Source: Acutalibacteraceae bacterium (GTDB lineage Bacteria; Bacillota; Clostridia; Oscillospirales; Acutalibacteraceae). From it: a stretch of DNA of 64,000 bases. Within the stretch, counting starts at the first letter, position 1. Each line of letters starts with the position of its first letter. The stretch covers positions 6,913-70,912 of the forward strand of contig JBGVFK010000005.1 of the NCBI GenBank assembly GCA_045121075.1. Reading direction: 5' to 3'. Under the pieces are notes generated by a model. The model had not been told where the DNA came from. It did not search any database and worked only from the letters and a program-made list of their open reading frames with translations. Shown in pieces: positions 51,687-60,869 of the stretch. Made by a program: the position numbers and the translations under genes.

Positions 51687-52412
51687 ATGAAAAAACTCAA
51701 CCGAATTCCTAAGCTTTCAAAGGCTACCGAAATTACCTGGTGGACTTGCAGAGCCCTGCTTTTCATCTGGGGCGTGTGGGGTATGCTCCACGGCTATACC
51801 TCTGAATTTGTGCAGGCTACCTTTGCAATCATCTTCACCCATTTGTGGGATATGTTTCAGCTTTTCGGCGGAAAATCCTTTATTACAAAATATCCCGCCT
51901 ATATGCAGACAATGCTTAATTGCTTTATCTGCTTCGCCTGTGTAATCGGCACAACTCTCAACTCAAGAACAGATTTTACGGGTATCGACATTCCCGAGCA
52001 TATCTTTGCGGGCTACCTTGCATGTACGGGCTCGTTTATTCTGATCGAAATTATTCAGGGCGAAAAGCACCCCATTAAAATTTCCGCTCAGGCCCTTTTC
52101 AGCATCGGCTTTTCCGTTATGCTTCTTGTGGGCTGGGAGTTTTATGAATTCACAATGGACAGACTCTACGGCTTTGTTATGCAGCACGGTCAGGTGCCCT
52201 ACGGCACAGGCCTTACCGACACAATGGTTGACCTTATCTTAGGCTCAGGCGGTGCTCTTGCAGCAATGTTTATCGAAGCCTTCAGACGAGTTGGTCTTAT
52301 AGGCGGCAAAAACCGCCACGCTCTTCGTGAGAAGTATAAAAAAGAGCGTGAAGAATTCAAAAGAGAAAAAGAACTGAAGTATAAAAATGCACAGAACGGA
52401 GAGTGCGTATAA
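51687..52412 (+). CDS. Polytopic membrane protein of unknown function (241 aa)
   Basis: About 6 TM segments and a basic C-terminal tail. It possibly resembles the YjdF/DUF2238 type, but this is a weak impression only. Confidence 0.55.
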   Translation: MKKLNRIPKLSKATEITWWTCRALLFIWGVWGMLHGYTSEFVQATFAIIFTHLWDMFQLFGGKSFITKYPAYMQTMLNCFICFACVIGTTLNSRTDFTGIDIPEHIFAGYLACTGSFILIEIIQGEKHPIKISAQALFSIGFSVMLLVGWEFYEFTMDRLYGFVMQHGQVPYGTGLTDTMVDLILGSGGALAAMFIEAFRRVGLIGGKNRHALREKYKKEREEFKREKELKYKNAQNGECV

Positions 52413-52413
52413 A

Positions 52414-53889
52414 ATGAAGCTCAGCGAAGTTTTGAACAGTGTGGTTTATGAATGTGGAAAATTCACAGACTGCGAAATAAAAGATATTGCTTACGACTCA
52501 AGAAAAACCGGCAAGGGCATTATGTTCGTATGCCTTGTTGGTGTAAATGCTGACGGACACAAGTATGTGCAGTCAGCCTATGATAAAGGAAGCAGAGTTT
52601 TTCTTTGCGAAAAGGCTGTTGACCTTCCCGATGATGCAGTTGTAATTAAGGTTGAGGACACAAGAGCTGTTCTTGCAACAATCAGCTGTAACTTTTTCCG
52701 TCATCCATCAAGGGAGCTTAAGCTTATAGGTATCACCGGCACAAAGGGAAAAACAACCTCAGCGCATATTGTTAAATTTGTGCTTGAAAGCGGCGGAATA
52801 AGAACAGGCATTATCGGCACAGTGGGTGCTTCATTCGGAGATACAATTCTGCCTACAGTGAATACTACTCCCGAAAGCTACGAGCTTCAGAGAATGCTTC
52901 GTCTTATGGTTGACGGTGGCTGTAAAGCCTGCGTAATGGAGGTTTCATCTCTCGGTCTTAAATTCCACCGTACAGACGGACTTCATTTTGCCTTCGGTGT
53001 GTTTACAAACCTTTATCCCGACCATATCGGCACCAACGAGCACGAAAGCTTTGAGGAGTATGCTTTCTGGAAAACTCAGCTTTTCCCAATGTGCCACAAG
53101 GCAATTGTAAATCTTGACGATGCCTTTAGCGGTACCGTAATTGAAAACTGCAAATGCGATGTTATTACCTACGGCTTTGATTCAAAGGCAGACTATATCT
53201 TAGGTGAATACAGTAAGGTTAAGCAGGGTAATGTACTCGGTGTGGACTTCAATGTAAAAACCGCTGAGGCAGAAAGAAGCTTTACTGTTGCTCTTCCCGG
53301 TGAAATCAATGCAAGCAATTCGCTTATTGCTGTTGCTCTCGGTGATGAATTCGGCCTTTCAGATGAAGAAATTTCAAAGGGCTTGCAGAGTGTTTTTGTA
53401 AAGGGTAGATGTGAGCTTGTAAGAGCTGACGATGATGTAACCGTTATCATTGACTACGCCCACAACGGTGTGAGCCTTAAGAGTATTATTGAAACTGTTT
53501 CAGAGTATGAGCACAACAGAATTATTACTCTCTTCGGTTCAGTTGGCGGAAGAACAGAATGCCGCCGTGAAGAGCTTGGTCTTGTTTCAGGTGCAATGAG
53601 TGACTTTACCGTAATTACAAGTGACGACCCCAACTTTGAAGATCCGCAGAAAATCGGTGAGGAAATTGCTTCCTTCTGCGAAAAAGCAGGCGGTCACGGT
53701 AAATATGTGATTATTCCCGACAGAGGCGAGGCTATAAGCTATGCAGTTAAAATGGCAGAAAAAGGTGACATAATTATCCTTGCAGGTAAGGGTCACGAGG
53801 AATATATGAAAATAAATGGGGAAAATGTTCCCTTCAGCGAAAAAACGGAAGTAATGAGAGCGTTTAAAGAGAAGAAAGAGGGTATATAA
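52414..53889 (+). CDS. murE: UDP-N-acetylmuramoyl-L-alanyl-D-glutamate--diamino acid ligase (MurE)
   Basis: The Mur ligase motif GITGTKGKTT is present, along with DYAHN and a C-terminal GKGHE. I place the start at the ATG at 52414 (MKLSEVLN), immediately after the upstream stop. Confidence 0.85.
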   Translation: MKLSEVLNSVVYECGKFTDCEIKDIAYDSRKTGKGIMFVCLVGVNADGHKYVQSAYDKGSRVFLCEKAVDLPDDAVVIKVEDTRAVLATISCNFFRHPSRELKLIGITGTKGKTTSAHIVKFVLESGGIRTGIIGTVGASFGDTILPTVNTTPESYELQRMLRLMVDGGCKACVMEVSSLGLKFHRTDGLHFAFGVFTNLYPDHIGTNEHESFEEYAFWKTQLFPMCHKAIVNLDDAFSGTVIENCKCDVITYGFDSKADYILGEYSKVKQGNVLGVDFNVKTAEAERSFTVALPGEINASNSLIAVALGDEFGLSDEEISKGLQSVFVKGRCELVRADDDVTVIIDYAHNGVSLKSIIETVSEYEHNRIITLFGSVGGRTECRREELGLVSGAMSDFTVITSDDPNFEDPQKIGEEIASFCEKAGGHGKYVIIPDRGEAISYAVKMAEKGDIIILAGKGHEEYMKINGENVPFSEKTEVMRAFKEKKEGI

Positions 53890-55218
53890 ATGTATAAGTT
53901 TATTCTTCAGGAAGACTTAAAGGCATACGATGAATTCATTGAAAAAAATAAAGGTCAGTATATTCAGTGCTCACGCTGGCAGAACGTAAAGACCACCTGG
54001 AACTGCCGTTACTACTGCGGCTTTGATGAAAACGACAACGTTGTTCTTGCTGTGCTTGTAATGGAGCGTTCACTTCCCGTTGCAGGTAAAATCTGGTACG
54101 CTTCATCAGGTGCAGTATGCGATTACGGCAATAAGGAGCTTCTTTCAGAATTCACAGAATTTATGAAGGAGGAAATGAAAAAGGGCGGTGCAACCTGCTT
54201 TATTATGGACCCGCCTGTATCACTCAGAATTGACGGTGAGGATCAGGCTTACGGCCATGAAGTGCACAAGTCTCTTACAGACCTTGGCTATGAGCTTAAT
54301 CCTTCAATTGAAAACTATACCTACAAGCATCCTGTTCAGCTTTTCATTCCACTTAAGGATGAAAACGGCAATCAGATTTCAGCAGATAAAATTCTCAAAA
54401 AGTGCGACAAGGGTGTAAGATACAGTATCCGTATCGGTGAACAGAGAGGTCTTGTTGCAAAAACCTTCACCTCAAAGGATGTTGATGCTGACCCTTCAAT
54501 TATGGAAGACTTTATGGCTGTTATGCGTGACACCGGTGAAAGAGACAGCTTTGTTGAAAGAAACGGTGACTACTGTGCAAAGCTTCTCAGAGAATTCGAC
54601 GGCCACAGCGACCTTAAGCTTGTTTATTACGATAAGGAGCTTGACAGAAAGCTTCAGGCTGAAAGACTTCAGAAAAAAGAGCAGGCTCTTAAAGACCTTG
54701 AAGGTGCTCACGAAAAGAAGGCTCGTCAGCTTAATGAAATAATCACAAGTGTAGACAAGCAGACAGAGCATTTTGAAAAGAGAATGGAAGAGGCTGAAGC
54801 ATTTACAAGCGAAAACACAATCTGTCTTGCAGGCGGTCTTTCAATTTACTATTCAGGTATGGGCAGCTGTCTTTTCGGCGGCACAAGAAATGTTATCCGT
54901 AACAACACCCGTTCAAGCCACTACCTTAACTATCTCCGCCTTTGCGAAAGCGTAAACAGAGGCTGTGATATTCACGACCTGGGTTATGTTATGGTAAAAT
55001 CACCTGAACTTCAGGAGGACGGTACTCTCGGAGCACTTGTACCTCAGGACAACTTTACAGGTATTTACGACTTCAAAAAGAGCTTTTCAGCAAACTACCA
55101 CGAATTTATCGGTGAATATATTCTTGTGGGCAACAAGGCTAAGTATTATTCATACGCAAAGCTTATGCCTACAGCAAAGAAGGCAAAAATCAGCCTTGTT
55201 AAGCTTATCAGAAGATAA
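53890..55218 (+). CDS. FemAB-family peptidoglycan interpeptide-bridge aminoacyltransferase
   Basis: The 442-aa protein has an N-terminal FIQCSRWQNVK-type motif and a central coiled-coil insert (LQAERLQKKEQALKDLEGAHEKKARQL), typical of FemX/FemA. Its start abuts the murE stop. Confidence 0.8.
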   Translation: MYKFILQEDLKAYDEFIEKNKGQYIQCSRWQNVKTTWNCRYYCGFDENDNVVLAVLVMERSLPVAGKIWYASSGAVCDYGNKELLSEFTEFMKEEMKKGGATCFIMDPPVSLRIDGEDQAYGHEVHKSLTDLGYELNPSIENYTYKHPVQLFIPLKDENGNQISADKILKKCDKGVRYSIRIGEQRGLVAKTFTSKDVDADPSIMEDFMAVMRDTGERDSFVERNGDYCAKLLREFDGHSDLKLVYYDKELDRKLQAERLQKKEQALKDLEGAHEKKARQLNEIITSVDKQTEHFEKRMEEAEAFTSENTICLAGGLSIYYSGMGSCLFGGTRNVIRNNTRSSHYLNYLRLCESVNRGCDIHDLGYVMVKSPELQEDGTLGALVPQDNFTGIYDFKKSFSANYHEFIGEYILVGNKAKYYSYAKLMPTAKKAKISLVKLIRR

Positions 55219-55383
55219 ATTTTTTCCGCCGTATATTTTGCGGCGGATTTTTTTATAGGTTTATAAAAAGGGCAAAATACTATATATTGATATAGCCGCA
55301 AAATGTAAACACAACAAGAGGAAAAGCTCAGTGTTTCTGCACCTTGACAAGGATAGTGCAGAAATAAAATAGCAAGAAAACCA

Positions 55384-55413
55384 TTGACAAAAACAGAAGG
55401 TTTGTTGTATAAT
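55384..55413 (+). promoter_or_regulatory. Sigma-70-type promoter of the rpmH operon
   Basis: TTGACA, an 18-nt spacer, then TATAAT. Confidence 0.65.
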
Positions 55414-55541
55414 GGTTTTCTGCAAGCTGTGTCTTGCTCTATTTAACTATGTAAAAAAGCGTCGGACACCATATTGCCACCACTTCTACAACTCCTGATG
55501 CAATATGTCCCGTTTTAATATTATTAAAGGAGGTCAAAACA

Positions 55542-55676
55542 ATGAAAAGAACTTACCAACCCAAAAAGCGCCACAGAAAGATGGAACACGGTTTCCGCAA
55601 GAGAATGGCTACTAAGAACGGCCGCAAGGTTCTCGCTCGCAGAAGAGCAAAGGGCAGAAAGCAACTGACATACTAA
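55542..55676 (+). CDS. rpmH: 50S ribosomal protein L34
   Basis: The translation is [44 protein letters not shown], with an AAGGAGG RBS. It falls below the ORF-track size cutoff. Confidence 0.95.
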   Translation: MKRTYQPKKRHRKMEHGFRKRMATKNGRKVLARRRAKGRKQLTY

Positions 55677-55690
55677 GGGATTGATTTTTC

Positions 55691-56035
55691 TTGCAGAAGT
55701 ATATTACGCTAAAAGAGAATACAGACTTTAACCGTGTATATTATCGCGGAAAGTCTTCGGCTAAACCTCAGCTGGTTGTATATTTACTTAAGAACCGCCT
55801 GGGTGTATGTCGCATTGGCATTACAACAAGCAAGAAAATCGGTAACGCAGTAGAACGCAATCGCTCCCGTAGGATTATTAGAGCCGCTTTTCAGTCGGTT
55901 ATAAAGGAATATGACCTTGAGGGTAAGGGTTATGATTTTGTTTTTGTTGCAAGAACAAAAACAAAGTATCTCAAAAGCACCCATATAGAAAAGGCTATGA
56001 AGGAGTGCTTTAAGGATTTAGGTGTGATAAAATGA
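55691..56035 (+). CDS. rnpA: Ribonuclease P protein component
   Basis: The 114-aa basic protein contains [10 protein letters not shown] and [13 protein letters not shown] (RNR motif) and has a TTG start. It directly follows rpmH. Confidence 0.9.
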   Translation: MQKYITLKENTDFNRVYYRGKSSAKPQLVVYLLKNRLGVCRIGITTSKKIGNAVERNRSRRIIRAAFQSVIKEYDLEGKGYDFVFVARTKTKYLKSTHIEKAMKECFKDLGVIK

Positions 56036-56271
56036 AAAAGCTTATGCTTGGTGTGATACGTTTTTATCGCAGAAAAATCTCACCTCACCTGCCCCCTATG
56101 TGCAAGTATTATCCTACTTGCTCGGTCTATGCAATAGAAGCAATTGAGACACACGGCGCGTTAAAGGGCGGTGTGCTTGCTTTGTTACGCATTTTAAGGT
56201 GTAATCCCCTGTTTCCAGGCGGTTATGACCCTGTTCCGGAAAAGAAGGATAAGTGTAACCACAGACATTGA
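56032..56271 (+). CDS. yidD: Membrane protein insertion efficiency factor YidD
   Basis: The YidD signature is [30 protein letters not shown]. The gene overlaps rnpA by 4 nt. Confidence 0.9.
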   Translation: MKKLMLGVIRFYRRKISPHLPPMCKYYPTCSVYAIEAIETHGALKGGVLALLRILRCNPLFPGGYDPVPEKKDKCNHRH

Positions 56272-56316
56272 AAAGATCTTTAATATTGACGGAATAATTT
56301 TACGGAGGATCAGAAA

Positions 56317-57312
56317 ATGGACAAACTTTTTCAAATTCTTTATGTTCCCTTCGGCTTTCTGTTCAGAATTCTTTTTGATTTCGTAGGCAACTACGGACTC
56401 GCACTCGTAATTTTCACACTGTTTTTCCGTTTCATCCTTCTGCCTTCAGCAGTGAAGCAGCAGAAAGGCATGGCAAAGCAGTATCGTCTTCAGCCCAAGC
56501 TGAAGCGCATCAGAGAAAAGTATCAGGACTTCCCTCCCAATGAGAGAAATCAGAAAATCCAGATGGAGACAAATGAGCTTTATCAGCAGGAAGGCTATTC
56601 AGCAATGACCGGCGGCTGTGCTCCTCTTCTCCTTCAGCTTCCCATTCTCTGGGGTCTTTACGGTATTATCCGTCAGCCCCTTACTCACGTTCTTAACATC
56701 AGTGCTGAGGCTGTAACAGCTCTCACTGAAGCTGTAAAGAATCTTGGTGAAACAAGCGCAAGAACTGCTGCTTATGCTGAATCATTGGTTATTTCAAGAC
56801 TTTCAGAGGTGCTTGAAGCAAATCCTGATCTTACAGAAAAATTCCCTGAAGCAATTGAAAAAATTCAGGCTTTCAACTTCAAGATATTCAATATCGACCT
56901 CGGTACAATTCCCAGTATGGATACATTCAAAAACTGGGCTGAGGCAACTCCTGAAGCAAAGCTTGTTATACTCATTCCCATTCTTTCAGGTATCACTTCT
57001 CTTATGACAAGTGTGCTCACTCAGATGAGACAGAAGAAGAATAACCCCGATGCACAGATGCAGGGTATGGGCTGTATGATGCTCTCCATGCCTCTTATGT
57101 CACTCTGGTTTACCTTCCAGTTCCCTGCAGGTATGGGTATGTACTGGATTCTTTCAAACATATTTGCTTTCATGCAGACTCTTGTTCTCGGTCACTTCTA
57201 TGCTCCGAGAAAAACAGTTGCTCAGCACATGGTTGCTGAAACAATTGAAAGACGTTCATATGAAAAAGCAAAGAAGGATGCTGCAGACAGAGAAAAGAAC
57301 GATCAGAACTAA
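56317..57312 (+). CDS. yidC: YidC/Oxa1-family membrane insertase
   Basis: The 60 kDa-IMP core motifs are present (ALVIFTLFFRFILLP, QPKLKRIREKY, GCAPLLLQLPILWGLY, PAGMGMYWILSNIF). Confidence 0.9.
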   Translation: MDKLFQILYVPFGFLFRILFDFVGNYGLALVIFTLFFRFILLPSAVKQQKGMAKQYRLQPKLKRIREKYQDFPPNERNQKIQMETNELYQQEGYSAMTGGCAPLLLQLPILWGLYGIIRQPLTHVLNISAEAVTALTEAVKNLGETSARTAAYAESLVISRLSEVLEANPDLTEKFPEAIEKIQAFNFKIFNIDLGTIPSMDTFKNWAEATPEAKLVILIPILSGITSLMTSVLTQMRQKKNNPDAQMQGMGCMMLSMPLMSLWFTFQFPAGMGMYWILSNIFAFMQTLVLGHFYAPRKTVAQHMVAETIERRSYEKAKKDAADREKNDQN

Positions 57313-57368
57313 AAGCCACAGAACGACAAAAACTTTTTATATTTTGTAAACGGTGGTGAAAACTAAAA

Positions 57369-58373
57369 ATGATACATGAAGCTATTGCAACAGGTGCAAC
57401 AGTTGACGAGGCAAGAGCTAACGCTATTGCTGAGCTTAAGGCTCCCAAGGATGCAGATGTACACACTGAAATCCTTGCAATGCCCACAAAGAAGATCTTA
57501 GGTCTTTTCGGTGGTTCACCTGCTAAAGCACGTGCATATTATGAAGCTCCCGATGCTCCCAAGGCTAAGGCAGAAGCTCCTAAGGCTGCTCCCAAGAAGG
57601 CTGAAAAGCCCGCTCCCAAGGCAGAAAAGGTTGCTGAAGCTAAAAAGGCTGAGGTAAAGGCAGAGGCTAAGCCCGTTGAGGCTGCAGCAGAAGCTGAAAA
57701 GAGCAGCGTGGAGATTGATATTGCTTCTTCAAAGAGCATTCAGAGCGCAGTGGATTACCTTTCAGCCGTACTTAAGGGTATGGGTGTTGCTGAAATGTCA
57801 GCAAAGGCATTCCGCACAAGTGATGATGAAATCATTCTTGAGCTTGACTGCGGTGAAGATTACGGTATCGTAATCGGCAGAAGAGGCGAAACTCTTGATT
57901 CAATTCAGTATCTTACAAGACTTGTTGCTAACAAGTACAAGGCTGAAAATGAATATGCAAGAATTTCAATCAACATCGGTTCTTACCGTGAAAAGAGAAA
58001 GAATACTCTCAGAGCTCTCGCTAAGAAGAATTCAGAGAAGGTTCTCAAGTACGGCAGGAACGTAACATTTGAACCTATGAACCCCTATGAACGCCGTATC
58101 ATTCATACAGCAGTTCAGGAAATTGAGGGTGTTACATCACACTCAGTAGGTTCAGATTCAAACAGAAGAGTTGTTATCACTCTCGCAGAAGGCGTTAAGC
58201 CCACACATCCCTCAAAGGGCGGCTACAACAGAGGCCGTGGCGGCAAGGGCGGTTACAATAACCGTGGCAGAGACAGAAGAAACAACAATTCTTACACACC
58301 GTCAGGTGAACAGAGAGCACCCAGAACAGACGCTGGTGCTGCAAAGGTTTCACTTTACGGCAAAATCAACTGA
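57369..58373 (+). CDS. jag: Jag/KhpB RNA-binding protein (Jag_N, KH, R3H) with Ala/Lys/Pro linker and RGG tail
   Basis: The N-terminus is ATGATVDEARANAIAEL, the KH-like motif is VIGRRGETLDSIQYL, and the R3H motif is MNPYERRIIHTAV. The position after yidC fits. Confidence 0.85.
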   Translation: MIHEAIATGATVDEARANAIAELKAPKDADVHTEILAMPTKKILGLFGGSPAKARAYYEAPDAPKAKAEAPKAAPKKAEKPAPKAEKVAEAKKAEVKAEAKPVEAAAEAEKSSVEIDIASSKSIQSAVDYLSAVLKGMGVAEMSAKAFRTSDDEIILELDCGEDYGIVIGRRGETLDSIQYLTRLVANKYKAENEYARISINIGSYREKRKNTLRALAKKNSEKVLKYGRNVTFEPMNPYERRIIHTAVQEIEGVTSHSVGSDSNRRVVITLAEGVKPTHPSKGGYNRGRGGKGGYNNRGRDRRNNNSYTPSGEQRAPRTDAGAAKVSLYGKIN

Positions 58374-58381
58374 TTATATTA

Positions 58382-58414
58382 AAACACCTGTGAGTAATTC
58401 GCAGGTGTTTTTTT
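58382..58414 (+). terminator. Rho-independent terminator
   Basis: The hairpin aacacctg-(11 nt)-caggtgtt is followed by ttttt. Confidence 0.8.
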
Positions 58415-58509
58415 GCGTAATAAATTGAATTTATAATTGTTATTTTTTGTTTTGTAGTATATAATGTGGGTAGTGTTTAAGAATTATATTTAGGTAAGGA
58501 GGATTGTAT

Positions 58510-60735
58510 ATGCAGAAATTTGAGGTTGGCGGAATGATGTGTGCCGCCTGCAGTGCAAGAGTTGAAAAAGCCGTAAATGCCGTTGAAGGTGTTGAAAGCT
58601 GCAACGTAAATCTTCTTATGAACAGCCTTTCTGTTGAGGGTACTGCTGATAATAAAGCAATAATGGCTGCCGTTAAAAAGGCGGGCTATACAATAAAGGA
58701 AGAAAAAGAAGGCAAAAAAGCCGAATCTACTGAGGAAGAAAATCCTGTAAAGCCAATGGTTAAAAGATTGGTTTCATCAGCCCTTTTCCTTCTTGTGCTG
58801 ATGTATTTTTCAATGGGATATGTTATGTGGAATTTTCCGCTTCCCGAATTTTTTGAAAGTAATCCCGCTGTGGTTGCCGCAGTGCAGCTTGTTCTTTCTG
58901 CGGTGATACTTATAATCAACAAAAACTTTTTTGTGAGTGGCGTAAAAGGCATAATTCACAAGAGCATGAATATGGACACTCTTGTTTCAATGGGCTCAGG
59001 TGTATCTTTTCTTTGGAGTGTGTGGATTTTTGCTTCTATGGTAAAGCTTCAGATGAGCGGTGACATAAACGGTGCTCATCATATGCTTCACGGACTTTAT
59101 TTTGAATCTGCTGCAATGATTCTCACTCTTATAACTGTGGGTAAAACCCTTGAAGCAAAGGCTAAGGGCAGAACAACCGACGCAATTAAATCTCTCAATA
59201 AGCTCAGACCCAAAACCGCAACACTTATAGTTGACGGCAAGGAAAAGGTTGTGCAGATTTCTGAGGTTAAAAAGGGCGACATTTTCGCTGTGAAGCCCGG
59301 TGAAAGTATTCCGGTTGACGGAGTTGTTGTTGAAGGCACAAGTGCTGTAAACGAAGCGGCACTTACAGGTGAAAGCATTCCTGTAGATAAAGAAAAGGGA
59401 CACAGCGTTTCTGCGGCAACGGTTAACACCTCGGGTTACCTTCTCTGCGAGGCTGTTGCTGTTGGTGAAGATACTCTTCTTTCAAAAATCATTAAAACCG
59501 TAACTGATGCTGCCGCTACAAAGGCGCCTATTGCCCGACTTGCAGATAAGGTTTCGGGTGTGTTTGTGCCGGGTGTAACTGCAATTGCCTTTGTTACCTT
59601 TATAGTGTGGTTTATTGTTGACGGCGATTTTGCTCACGCTCTTGAAAGAGGCGTTTCAGTGCTTGTAATCAGCTGTCCTTGTGCTCTTGGCCTGGCAACT
59701 CCTGTTGCAGTAACTGTCGGTCACGGCGTGGGCGCTAAGAAAGGAATTCTCTTCAAAAATGCTGAAGCAATTGAAACTGCAGGCAAGGTTAAAACTGTTG
59801 TGCTTGATAAAACCGGCACCATAACCAAAGGTGAGCCGGAGGTTACAGATATTGTACCCTTTGGTGATGCAGACGAAACTAAGCTTCTTTCCTTTGCGTA
59901 TTCTCTTGAAATAAAAAGTGAGCATCCCCTTGCAAGGGCTGTTGTTAAAAAGGCTCAGGCAGAGGAGCTTTCAGTTGAGGATATGGGAGAATTTGAAGCC
60001 GTTTCGGGTAAGGGTATAAAAGCACAGAAAAACGGCAAAGCTTACCTTGGAGGAAATCTCAGCTTCATAAGTGATTTTGCTGAAATTCCCGCTGAAATAA
60101 AAACGGTTGCCGAAGACCTTTCAAGGGAAGGCAAAACCCCGTTATTCTTTGCTGAAAACGAAAAACTGCTTGGCGTAATTGCTGTTGCAGATGTAATCAG
60201 AGAAGAAAGCCCCAAGGCAATTGACCGCCTTAAGAAAATGGGCATACGCGTGATTATGCTTACCGGTGACAATGAGGTAACTGCAAAAGCAATAGGAAAG
60301 CAGGTAGGTGCTGATGATGTAATTGCAGGTGTGCTTCCTCACGAAAAGCAGATGGTTGTAACAGAGCTGCGTAAAAACGGCAGAGTTGCTATGGTAGGCG
60401 ACGGAATCAATGATGCACCTGCCCTTACTGCTGCTGATACCGGTATTGCTGTTGGTGCAGGTACGGATATTGCAATTGATGCGGCTAATGTGGTGCTTAT
60501 GAAGAGTAATCCCGACCATATTCCCGACCTCATAAACTTAAGCAGACACACCCTCAGAAATATTCACGAAAATCTGTTCTGGGCATTTTTCTATAATGTG
60601 CTGTGCATTCCTCTTGCTGCAGGCGTTTTCGGTGTAGATCTTAATCCTATGATCGGTGCTGCAGCTATGAGCCTTTCAAGCTTCTGCGTTGTGAGTAATG
60701 CACTAAGGCTAAGAAGGGTAAACCTTAAAAAGTAA
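58510..60735 (+). CDS. copA: Copper-translocating P1B-type ATPase
   Basis: The HMA motif GMMCAACSARV, CPC in TM6 (ISCPCALGLATP), DKTGT, and GDGINDAP are present. I place the start at the ATG at 58510 (AAGGAGG RBS 7 nt upstream). Confidence 0.9.
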   Translation: MQKFEVGGMMCAACSARVEKAVNAVEGVESCNVNLLMNSLSVEGTADNKAIMAAVKKAGYTIKEEKEGKKAESTEEENPVKPMVKRLVSSALFLLVLMYFSMGYVMWNFPLPEFFESNPAVVAAVQLVLSAVILIINKNFFVSGVKGIIHKSMNMDTLVSMGSGVSFLWSVWIFASMVKLQMSGDINGAHHMLHGLYFESAAMILTLITVGKTLEAKAKGRTTDAIKSLNKLRPKTATLIVDGKEKVVQISEVKKGDIFAVKPGESIPVDGVVVEGTSAVNEAALTGESIPVDKEKGHSVSAATVNTSGYLLCEAVAVGEDTLLSKIIKTVTDAAATKAPIARLADKVSGVFVPGVTAIAFVTFIVWFIVDGDFAHALERGVSVLVISCPCALGLATPVAVTVGHGVGAKKGILFKNAEAIETAGKVKTVVLDKTGTITKGEPEVTDIVPFGDADETKLLSFAYSLEIKSEHPLARAVVKKAQAEELSVEDMGEFEAVSGKGIKAQKNGKAYLGGNLSFISDFAEIPAEIKTVAEDLSREGKTPLFFAENEKLLGVIAVADVIREESPKAIDRLKKMGIRVIMLTGDNEVTAKAIGKQVGADDVIAGVLPHEKQMVVTELRKNGRVAMVGDGINDAPALTAADTGIAVGAGTDIAIDAANVVLMKSNPDHIPDLINLSRHTLRNIHENLFWAFFYNVLCIPLAAGVFGVDLNPMIGAAAMSLSSFCVVSNALRLRRVNLKK

Positions 60736-60745
60736 ATAGCTTATG

Positions 60746-60784
60746 TGTCGGATTTTTCTTATGGAAAATCCGACATTTGTTTGC
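60746..60784 (+). terminator. Rho-independent terminator
   Basis: The hairpin tgtcggattttc-ttatg-gaaaatccgaca is followed by tttgttt. Confidence 0.75.
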
Positions 60785-60869
60785 TTATAGCCATTGGTGA
60801 TTTTAATTGTTGTAAAAAAACGGCTTTTATGATATAATTCCTTTATTGGATTTTGAAGAGGTGAATAAA

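Noticed and set aside
55219-55541. Possible oriC next to rpmH-rnpA-yidD-yidC-jag
   Set aside because: I found no TTATCCACA-type DnaA boxes and no dnaA gene. rpmH is preceded by femAB on the same strand, and jag is followed by copA rather than mnmE/mnmG. The cluster seems to be uncoupled from the origin here, or the origin is elsewhere.
58415-58509. A CopY or CsoR operator upstream of copA
   Set aside because: There is no TACAnnTGTA box or GC-rich CsoR palindrome, only AT-rich promoter-like sequence. No regulator gene is adjacent.
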